Source of the DNA: Oculina patagonica
Lineage: Eukaryota
Direction: 5' to 3'
Assembly (NCBI RefSeq): GCF_052425735.1
Contig: NC_135761.1
Span: 13,702,001 to 13,766,000, forward strand
Length of the DNA: 64,000 nucleotides
The notes under the pieces: model-generated
The model's input: the letters and a program-made list of their open reading frames with translations, nothing else
Database searches by the model: none
What the model was told of the DNA's origin: nothing
In this document: positions 39,280 to 49,811 of the stretch, in pieces
How the letters are laid out: the number at the start of each line of letters is the position of its first letter
How positions within the stretch are numbered: position 1 is the first letter of the stretch
Position numbers and translations under genes: made by a program

Positions 39280-39437
39280 TTACACTCCCTCACGCTGACG
39301 ACGAACATCAGCGATCCTTTAACTTTGAAGTCCTCCCCACCAGGGAAAATGTCTCTAAGATAATTTGTGAGGAAAAGAATCTTTCTGACAAAAATAAGTG
39401 CATCTCGATCAATTGACCTTTTATTTTCGTTTTTCAG

Positions 39438-41661
39438 TTATCAAGCGTACCTTGGCGGACATCATCAAAGAGGAACACTGGAGATGAAAAATCCAAAAAA
39501 GGACTTGAATGACGGCCGATGGCATAACGTGACCTTGACACAGGAAGGCCGAACAGCGCGACTGAAGGTAGACTCTGTTGCTGCTTCAAACATCATTCAG
39601 GAAGACTATCACCATCTTGATTTAGACACAATCTACATTGGTGGAATGAAGCCCGCTACATACAAGTATTACGGTGTGGAAGGAACACGAAATTTTCGCG
39701 GGTGTCTGGCAGATTTGATATTCCGTGGCAAAAATCTAATCCGTGAAGCGAAAGGCGAACTTCTTGGATATGATATCAACGGCAAGGTGTCATTTAAATG
39801 CGAGGAATTGGACTATAGGGTTGTCACCATGACAAACCCAAACGTTGGATTTAGAGTGACTGTTAAAAAATTACCCGCAGATAACGACACATTTTACGCC
39901 AGTTTTCGATTCCGTTCGCACGTCGAAGAAGGGCTTCTCATGTCGCGGAGCGCAGTAAAAGTCAAGTTGCATTTACGTCTCTCGGCTGGCACGTTACTTT
40001 ATGACGTCACTGCTCCTAATGGATCGAAGACCGAGCTACACCTGGGTTCTAATCTTGATGATGGCGAATGGCATAGTGTGAACGCCAGTGTAAGAGGACG
40101 CGAAGTTCGTCTTCAGCTGGACGGACGAACGAAAACAAAACCTCTGAATCAATCGTTGTTGATGCAGGAGTTCGCAAACAGGTCTCGTTTGAAGATCTTT
40201 CTCGGCGGCTTCGACGACAACAGGGACTTTCCTGGCTTTGTTGGCTGCATATTAAACTTGCAAATCGACAGTCAGAAGATTTTCTTGAGGAATCTTAAGA
40301 AGAGTAAACATACCAATGAGGATTTAAAGTACACATGCCGCTTGGAAAACCGCTGTGAGCCCAATCCATGTAAAAATAGCGGGAAATGTTCACAGGATTG
40401 GCAAAGGTTTTATTGCAACTGCGAATACACTCGGTTCGAAGGAGAAAGATGCGAAATTTCCAAATACAAGCCAGCGTGTGAATATTACAGGGCTATGGGA
40501 TTGAAGAAGAGTATGCCTTGTTTACTTGATTCTGAAGGAGAGGGGAACCCTTACACTGCGCTCTGTAACGTAACGGACGATCCTAAACGAACGTACACGA
40601 TTATAACCCACAATAAAATGACAAAGATTCGAGTTAGCGACGCGAGAATTGTTGGATCGCATTACAAACACGAGATTACTTACTCGAACTCGATCAGTAT
40701 GCAACAAATGACACAGTTAATAGAGAAGAGCAAAGAATGCCGTCAGCACATTAGATTTCATTGTTTTAGTTCTAAACTTCTTAACACACCTCGCGGACCT
40801 CCACACGCGTTCTGGTTGTCACGTGACCACGAGAGACAGGATTACTGGGGCGGAGCCGAACCCGGGAGTAAAAAGTGCGCATGCGGAATGATCGACCCAC
40901 CTTCTTGTGAAGGCACGGCGAAGTTTTGTAACTGTGATAACAAGGATAGCCAATGGAGAGTAGACGAGGGATTTTTGACGGACAAAAGCACCTTGCCTGT
41001 CACCGGACTAGAATTCAACAAGAAAAGTGCCAAGTCTGATTTTACGCTCGGACCATTGGAATGCTGGGGAAGCGCAACAAGACAAAAGATTCCCAAGCCG
41101 CGCGACCCCACGGTCGATATGAACCGATTAAAGAATGCTTGTCCGAAGGCGGGGGATCCCACACCTACTTCCCCTCCCACTGTCTCCCCCACTACCACTC
41201 CTACTCCGACATCTGCGAGAAGCCTGTGTCCGAGTGAGGATGGAGAAGAATGCGCGAACTCGTCTGTTGCATTCTCCGGGGTGACCACCATACCAGCCTC
41301 TGGAAGCGTCGAAGAGAGTAGGCAAACTACTCCGCAAGATCAGGAAAGTACCTCGGATGACGAAGAAATTGAAATGTCTACCCTCGCAATAGTCATGATA
41401 TCCGCAGCGTTGGTGGTCATTGTTCTGCTCTCAATGAAGTTTGCGCTTCCTCGTGTTATCATGTGCATTCGGACTCACAGTAAGCGTGGTGAGTACATTG
41501 TCCCCCCGGCTGGATCGTCTGGATATCCAGCCAGGTTACTGCCGCTTGTAACCAAGCGGTCGTCGATCCGGGGGAGGCAGTTGACACAGTGCAGTGCAAA
41601 TGCAAATGGAAGATATGTCGATGCCAATGCATCGGGTGGGCTGAAGTCATATTGGGTATAA
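39438..41661 (+). CDS. Caspr/Neurexin-IV-like paralog 2, exon 2 (LamG-LamG-EGF-FBG-stalk-TM-tail)
   Basis: acceptor ttttcag in frame with exon 1; intact 822-aa product; TM LAIVMISAALVVIVLLSM; ends KSYWV. Confidence 0.92.
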
Positions 41662-42609
41662 AGATGGCTTTTATTGACCGAAAATAAAATAACGCAAGTC
41701 CACGGTTGGCAGGATTAAGAGACAGAGCGGTCCACTTTGAAAGACATGGAATGGTCTGTAGAAAACACCAACTGGAAAGTAAATTGAAACTGCACGTGCG
41801 GTGGATGGAGGTGTGATAATCGTCAGTGCGCATGGCAGAGATAACAAAGCTGTTGCAAGTTCTAAAAATAGCTTCCAGGGACGCAGTGTGCCTTTTGAGA
41901 AGAATAATAAAAAGATGCCACTTTGTTCAATGCAAAATGTTTAAAATGATGTAACATACGAAAATAATTATCGATGTACGTATAGTTAATTGAATATTCA
42001 TGAACAACTCTCGTTTAAAATATGGCAATTCGCTTTAAATTGTAAAAAAAAGAAGCTTCAACATCTGATTTAATCTCTATAGGATGTTTTGAAAGAGTTG
42101 ATGAAAAAAGATTGAAGGAGTGCTGGGAAAGAATTTTACATGTAATTTTAGGCTGGCTTATATTAAACTACATAGAAGGCATATCATTTGTACTGTGATG
42201 CACATTGTTTTCAGGAGCGGGGCATGCAGAAAAGGTTTGTAACATCTTTCATTATCAGGAGTTAGAAACCGACTATTTAATTTGGGGTGTTGCAAACGGA
42301 AAAAGGAGGAAAAAATCGTGCACAAAAATAAGAATGAGAAAAAATCAAGCAAGCCCCACCTGCTCTTGGGATTTTTATAGAAAAAAATCTTGCAGAGGGT
42401 TATGTTGGTATACAAGAAATCTTGCAACTACCATTGAACGGTGAAAAAAATTCTTATTCAGAAGAATTTGCCCCACCCACCCCACTTTCATAAATTTAAT
42501 GGTCCGTCCCTTACTGTGATCCAGTTAATGCTCGAGCTGACTTTCATTTGAATCCGAACTTTTGCGTCATAACAAATTATGCTAATAAAAACTCACAGGA
42601 GCTATGCAA

Positions 42610-42996
42610 GGCCCGGTTCAGACGCCGATCTTTTCATGAGCCGAACCTAATTCTTTGAATTAAGTACATGAAAAGATCGGCGTCTGAATCAAATAAGAAC
42701 GGCTATTTCAATTTGGAACGGCTCACCCGTTCTTCCCGCCTGGCTTGGCCTAAAATTTCGCCTGTGGAACGCCTTTGGAACGGCTTTGATTCAGACGCCG
42801 TACTTTTCAGGTGCCGATCCTAATTCATAAATTATTCTAATGTATTTCGACTGGTTTTATTGCAACTGTATTAGGAACGGCTTCGGAGCAGCCAAAAAGT
42901 ATGGCGTCTGAATCAAGAGGCGTACTTTTGTCAATTGGGTCGGTCCAAATTCGAATTAAGTTCGGCTCGTGAAAAGAACGGCGTCTGAACCGGGCC
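42610..42996. mobile_element. Harbinger-like palindromic MITE
   Basis: ggcccggttcagacgccg ... cggcgtctgaaccgggcc; 3-bp flanks caa/taa; internal repeats of the ttcagacgccg motif in both orientations. Confidence 0.8.
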
Positions 42997-43486
42997 TAAG
43001 TTATTTTTTTGATGTACAGAATAGACCTTGTCACGGTATCGAATTCGGCGCCATGTTTGACGGGTAGCCAAAGTGGTTAGAAATTACAGATGTTTGTATA
43101 AAAACCTTTGCTTAGTATCTTGAATATGGTAGGGCCATTTTTTCAACAGGCGTCGTGGCGTAGCTCCTTTGAGAGGTCCATAATTGTAGGGATTCGAACA
43201 CGCCCACCAAATCTATTCTGCAGCGCAATCTCGGAATAGGTGATATCACAGACATAATATGGGCAAGGCCTGAGTTGTTTAAAGGATAGATGACGCTATT
43301 TAACCGATAGAATCACTATCCAGTGGATAGCGTAGTTTGTTTTGCCAACATTTATCCGTCGGATAGTGATTTAACTGGTGGATAGCGTTATCCACCTTTG
43401 AACAACTGGGCCCAGTAGTAAAGCAGTTCTCGTAAGCTTGTAATTCAAGTCACTACTGGTCTTCTAGTGTAGCAGTTGTTATTGTG

Positions 43487-43913
43487 CCCGGGGAGAGGAA
43501 GGGGGGGGGGGGGCACTCGAAAAAGTTTTATACAGGGAGGCTCCGCCCCGAGGTCCAACCCCTTACCCTTTTATATACCATTTTGACAGAAAAAGTACCC
43601 CTTTCGTATACCTTTTATTGAAAAAATACCCCTTACATATACCTACACGACATGACATATACTTAAAACAGGACGTTTTCTTGACATTTTTATGTAGCGC
43701 TTTATAATAAATAAAGGACGATACAGCCATAAGTTGCGTCTGTTCGAAATATTTACTTTAAAGGTAATTAAATATCTTAATGCCCGAATTTCCTACCCTT
43801 TCATATACCTCAACTTGTGAAATCCCTACCCTTTTATATACCTGAAGCCTGAAAAAGGTACCCCTTTCGGGCGGAGCCTCCCCGTATAGGCCATTATAGG
43901 GAGTACCCCCGGG
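43487..43913. mobile_element. CCCGGG-ended MITE
   Basis: cccgggg...cccggg ends and the gaggctccgcccgaaaggggtacc motif; fragment at ~23665-23760. Confidence 0.6.
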
Positions 43914-45972
43914 CCTGGTTATTGTGTTGGAGGCAGGGGGATTGCCCCTGTTGTTTGTGTTTATATTGTTCTCTTGAAAGGTAGCGAGCCACTCATTGAT
44001 CTGGGACCTGGGTACATGTATCAACCAATAAAAACTTTCAAGCGTTTTATTACACGATTAACGATAATATTGATATAACAAGACTAACGGGTTATACCTT
44101 TTCTAAACTAGGAATATGAAAGGATAAATACCAGTTAGTTAATATACGGTTAGGAGCAATGCGAAGAACAAGCGGCGTGCCCAGGAAAGTGTGCGTAGCC
44201 ACATTTCTTGTTACAGTTACTTCACATTAGCTATAGTCTTATTTACATGGTGCTTATAAGAATCTGGGAAGCATTGTTTCTACATTCCCTTTAATCAAAA
44301 CTATAGCAAAATTATTTTGAAAATACTCAAATCTAACTGGTTATCAACAGGCCGTATTTGTGAAGAGGATCTGTTTGGGGCTTTAACTAGTAGATGAGAA
44401 TGGGTCAAAATGTTATCTTTTAGCCAAGAAATGACGCGTTTTTTTAATAACTGAGGTCTGCAAAATTTACTGAAAGCTGAGAAATGAGATAACGGAGATT
44501 TCAGCAGCCCCATCCAGACCCTCTGAGCAGTAATAGGACAGGTTTTGTGTCATACCTTTGTAGATCGCGCTACGTCATTGGCGCGTGCACTTATTGCACG
44601 GTTACGCTGCAATGGGTTTCTTTTTACGTGGATGTCGAAACAAAGCCACGTGTTGTCCTTTTATTCACCAAAGTAATTTCTAAAATTTCGTTGTGGCTAT
44701 GGTTAATTGCAGTGGTAGCGGGATTAACATATTCCTGTCGTTCAATTCTATAAACAAAATATCGACGAAATTAAGAATTAGATGTTTTCTAAACGATTTA
44801 AACTTAGGGAAAAACTAAATTTTTCCAGATTTTCTTTAACCATGCACTACATCCCTGGCTAATTTAAGATTATATACAGACTTTTTCTCAACAGTTTACG
44901 GAATCATCAGTGAGCGCCGAAACCTTGTTAGCAAAACAAGCGCTCGGCACACAAAAGCTCTTCGCTTACTTTTGATTCACACAACAGTTAAAAAACACAA
45001 TTAAATCTGAAAGCCTGAGTTCTCCACAATTTTCATCAGTCCCATTTCCAAGAAAAAAAAATTAATTGTAACAGACCTGCCCGGTAAGTGTAAGCACTAT
45101 AATCGATTAGAACAATTTAATTCGACCTTACAAAAGTCTCCAAAACTATTGAGGGGTGTAACTAAAAGTTTTCATAACCTATGACGTTTTAACAAGAGAT
45201 CGTCTCAAAGAAAAGACATTCGAAGGCTTAATAGGAGTCTGGTTATTAAGATGTCTTTGGATACGCACGCAATGCGTGCAAATTGTTATGCCCGTTTCCA
45301 GACTGTAAGCGCGTCACAGACTCGTTCCATTTGATCTATTTTCATTCTCCAACAGTTCTACAACACCCAATCTTTACAAACATTAGATCACGATCCTTGA
45401 ATATCAAGAGCATTGGCTTAACTTAAACAAGAAGGTTCTTCTGTCACAGCAACAATCCAGTTTGAGTGTCAAACGCAGCAAAGTCCTGGAAAAGAAACCA
45501 GAACAAAAGAAGATGAGAACAAAAAAAGCTGAAAATAATAAAATAACATAATTATATCCTTCCTTGTTACAAGTCAAAGATCGTACTTAGCGATTGGGTT
45601 AACGTTTAGTCAACAATTAATAGAAATCATCAAGGGGGTCATTAAGGTGCACAACTTATCTAAAAGATTATATGGCTAAATTAAGTTTATGCCCAGAAGT
45701 AAGGAGCTACTAGCCGGGTATCACGCGTATATGATTGATTAAGATATCTTCATCTAGAAAAGGTTTTGAAATAGAAAGAATTGTAGGAAAAGGGAGCCGC
45801 TACTCTTTTATAATAAAATGTTTAAAAATATTGCTTTCGTTTATTGTTATGTTAAAAGGAGACGTCATATCCGAACATTGCAATGTCTCAAGGGAACTAT
45901 CTCTTTTGTATGATAAAATATGTTATAAAAATGCTGCTTTCTTTTAGTATTACCTTTCTTTCCAATTGATAT

Positions 45973-46907
45973 TCACAGTTTGGAGGTAGAAGCTGAAAAG
46001 GAGACATATTTTCTGACGTGCGAGTCCCGATGGACCGAATGGTACACTGTCTGCCCGTTACTCATGTTGTAGGACCCAACCTCCACCGCGTCATGATTAA
46101 TATCATCCAGCTGTACCACATCCGGGGAATCCGTGCGCACTGAATGACGGTACACCTCAATATCCGGGATACTCTTTTTCCTTCTGCAGCTCTTACAGGA
46201 AACACAACACACGTATCTGCGGCCAGAGCGCTTCAGAAAAACGAAAATTATCACACATACGAGGAGTATGAAGGCCAGCACAGACGATGTTATCAAGATT
46301 ATAAACCGTGCGTCATACACCACACCTCCTTTGACGCGCGTGATATAAGAAACGCTTCCGTTAGTTATGACCAACACTTTGGGGGCAGTCTTCGGATTAA
46401 CTGGCGTGACGGTAGGCAGCGTGACTGTCTTGCCTTTGGTAGTGATGCTTGAGTGCACTGTCACGCCATCTTTACCTGTGGTAATGGAAGAATGTACGGT
46501 CACACCATCGCTCTTGGTTTCGTGACTAAACACTGACGTCACCAGGGTTGAGTTTTTATTCGTTGCGATAGTTGTCGTCATGGTAACGTGATGTTTAGGG
46601 GAAGATAGAGTATTTCTATTATTACCTGGGCTTGGCGTGGTAGTAAACTTTTTGCTTACTGTAGAAGTCTCCGGTGGCCATTGAGTGCCAGTCAGGGGAG
46701 TGCTCGATGCTGTTGCTACGTCAGCTGTAGGGGGTGGATTGACAAGTCTGCAAGCGGACGAGATAAAATTTGCATTGCTTACTTCTCCTGAAGGCTGTCC
46801 TGAGGAACCGAAACATTCTAACGGGCCGAGAGTAAAGAACGAGTCCTTGGCATCAGAGGCGAACTGTAGCATGTTCACCGGCAATGAAGACTTGTCTTGT
46901 AAATAAC
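45973..46907 (-). CDS. Caspr/Neurexin-IV-like paralog 3, exon 3 (end of FBG, mucin-like stalk, TM, tail)
   Basis: phase-1 acceptor; GYLQDKSSLPV...FTLGPLECFG; TM FIILITSSVLAFILLVCVIIFVFL; ends TSKL. Confidence 0.9.
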
Positions 46908-47457
46908 CTGTTAGGAACAAATTATCGTGTCATATGAGTCAAATGTGACGGTTTTTATATTGTACATACTTTTATTGTCCCAGGGCCGCAATGGATACAA
47001 ACCTCGTTGCTGAATGGGTTACCCTGGTGTAATAAATTTCCTTACCTTACCTTAACAACTTAACATCAAACCGCTTCGCACTATTGGCTTCATGATGGAC
47101 AGTAAGGCACCGCTCGCGGAACTGAGGGAGGGTGGAGGGCGGAACTTAAGGGTAAGAAATTTGGAGGAGAGGGAAGGGGCGGGACATTTTCTGGAATTTC
47201 AAATAGGTCATTACTGCTAGTTGCACAAACAACCTAACGTGACAAAGCAATAAAAACAACTTATCTTGTTATATAAAGAAAAAAAACTAATTTCCCTAGC
47301 CTGTTTCATCATACGCTGCCAAGAATTCAGTTAAAGTTTACACATGGCAGGTAGGCAATTCTAAAAGCAAATTCTAACTGAAACTTTCTTTGTTATAAAC
47401 ACGGTGTTATAGATATGTGACACTGAGTAACGCGTTGCGTGACGGTCTATGACTCAC

Positions 47458-48950
47458 CAGAATCCTCTCTCCACTTGTCATCACTATCAGCATCACAATT
47501 ACAGTACTTAGAGGGGTCCGCACAGGTCTTTGTCACTCCACATGCGCACTTATTGCTCCCAACAGGCGCGCCTCCCCAGTAGTTTTGTGGGACAGCGGTA
47601 CTCGACAACCACTGCACATGCTCAGGACCAATAGGTGAATTCAACAGCTTAGAATTGTAACAGTCGTACCGGATGAATTGGCGACAGTTTGCGCTGCGCT
47701 TTATCAATGCTCGGATACTCGCCAAGTCACTTACGTACGAAATACGTTGGAAGTAATGACTGGCGAGGTCTGTGGCGCCCAGTGTGACTTGATGTTTGCC
47801 CTCCTTGTCGTGATTAATAACAGTCTTGGCAGCATCAGAGGCTGTCATATTACACAGCACATCAAAGGTCCCCAGGGGACCCGTTCCATCAGGGTCCACT
47901 TTACAATACGCGTCCTGGACCATTCCCAGCGCTTTATACTCTTGGCACGTGGCACGATAAAGAGGAATCTTACAACGGTCCCCATGGTAAAACGTCCCTT
48001 CGCAGTCACACCGAAAAGCCTGCCATGTCTGCAGGCAGCGACCGCCATTTCGACATGGATTTGGGAAACATTTGCTAGCAATTTCGCATCGGTTTATAAC
48101 CGCGCCGCTAATACGAGAACCGCTTAAACTGGTTAACTTAACTAGATTCCCGTTAAGCTTAATTCGATGCATACAACCAACAAAACCAGTTTTTTGTGTT
48201 CCGTAGCCAATGTAAACGCGACTTCGAAAATCACCAATTCCCGCCAACCACGGGTTTTCATGACGTAATTCTGGCTTCGTATCCAACTGCAACCACAATT
48301 CTTTGCGAGTTACTCCGGCAGTGACGTCATGCCACATGCCGTCATTCAAGGCTTCACCAACGCTGATTTTAATTGGTTTATCGGGTTCCACTCGAACTTC
48401 CAGCTCAAGCTTTCCGGACACTAGCGAAAGATACAGGCGAGAGTGCGCGCTCTGTTTGTAAAGCAATATACCATTGCCATCGTAGGTACGAAAACTGAGC
48501 TCCACAGAGAAGTTCTTGGGGGAATGCCTACTAAGCTTCAAATGAGTATCAGGCTCTGGGAAATTGACCGGAACGTAGCCTGTATCAGGGCAGTAAAAAC
48601 GAACGAAGCCATGTGTATCATAATCAGAAAGGTCCATCTTAGCGCCATAGAAAATATCAATGAAATCAAAGTACAGATTTTTCAAGCAGCCGTTGAAATT
48701 TGGTGCGGCCAGAGCTCTTCCAGAGTCACTCGTATCCAGCCCTCCAACAAAGACGAATGTATCAAGGTCAAGACGGACGAAAGAGCCTGGTGTTGTTGTC
48801 TCGCTCCTCTCTTTATCGACGGTAACTACCACCGTATGCTCGTTTCGATCCACTTTTACTTCGTGCCATTTATTGTCTGACAAGTTGCTCCCCAGGAGAA
48901 CTGTGTGCTTCCCAGAAATAGTCTTGGAGCTGCCAAGGTTGATGGTAAAC
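47458..48950 (-). CDS. Caspr/Neurexin-IV-like paralog 3, exon 2
   Basis: RFTINLGSS...LSDNKWHEV, CFPNPCRNGGRC, YCKVDPDGTGPL, YWGGAPVGSNKCACG; acceptor at 48951-52, donor gtgagt at 47457. Confidence 0.92.
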
Positions 48951-49175
48951 CTAAAAAGGAAGATAAAACAACTAGTTAGGCTAAAATATTTTATATGCCC
49001 ACTCCTCGTTAAAACCTATCCTAGTAGTACGCAGAGAGTTTGTGACAGAAAAAGAAAAATGGGTGCTGGTGCAGCGATAAGAGAGCTATAGCCAGCTAGC
49101 CTTCCAGGTAAAGCCTTTGGGAAAGGGTTAGACTGTGAGGACTCCATCTTCTTCTTAGTCTTTTTCGTCTTCACG

Positions 49176-49462
49176 CATTCTCGTCCCCATAGCCTTTCAT
49201 TTCTCTTAGCCGGCTGGGCCTTGGCACGAGAAAACGAAGGGCTCTGGGGACACAGGATTTCCAGTCCTAGATTCTCGGAATTCCGATCTTCATGTATGCA
49301 GTGTCATGATGTTTCAAAAGAATGTATGCGAGATTCGTTACGTTTTCGATTTCCGCCAATCAAAAAATTCGAATTAATTCAAACCCTGTGTCCCCAGAGC
49401 CCTTCGTTTTCTCGTGCCAAGTCGGCTAAGAGAATTACGATAGGACTATGGGGATGAAAATG
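49176..49462. mobile_element. Palindromic MITE with 9-bp TSD nested in an older tagactg...tagtcta element (49129-49517)
   Basis: ~85 bp inverted arms; gtcttcacg at 49167-49175 and 49463-49471. Confidence 0.85.
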
Positions 49463-49630
49463 GTCTTCACGCTCAACGGACTGAGGAAAAAAAACTTAAA
49501 GGACTGTTCGTAGTCTAGAGAAGGAATGGCGCAGCTGTCAGATAGCTCGCCTATCACCAATGTGACTACGCTCGATCTCCGCCGCCTTCTCGAATCCGGT
49601 CTTTGTTTGAGCCAACAATGTGACCTAAGC

Positions 49631-49811
49631 TAGCCTGCGAGCAGGCTCACTTTGGGGCACGCGCGGGAACGACACGCGGAAGCAGCGAAGGCGCGACACG
49701 AGCTCACTGTATTGGCGCGTCTCCAGCAGTCTCCTTCCCGCCTTATCGCGAGTCGCGCGTGCCCCATTGTCGCTTTCGCGCGTGCCCCAAGGTGAGCCTG
49801 CTCGCATGCTA
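49631..49811. mobile_element. GC-rich palindromic MITE with 9-bp TSD
   Basis: gacctaagc|tagcctgcgagcaggctcac ... gtgagcctgctcgcatgcta|gacctaagc; repeated at ~56202-56381. Confidence 0.88.

Noticed and set aside
39367-39437. N-terminal extension of the 764-aa ORF
   Set aside because: Lies upstream of the splice acceptor
45976-45984. C-terminal SKL as a peroxisomal PTS1
   Set aside because: The protein has a signal peptide and a TM; a class I PDZ ligand fits better
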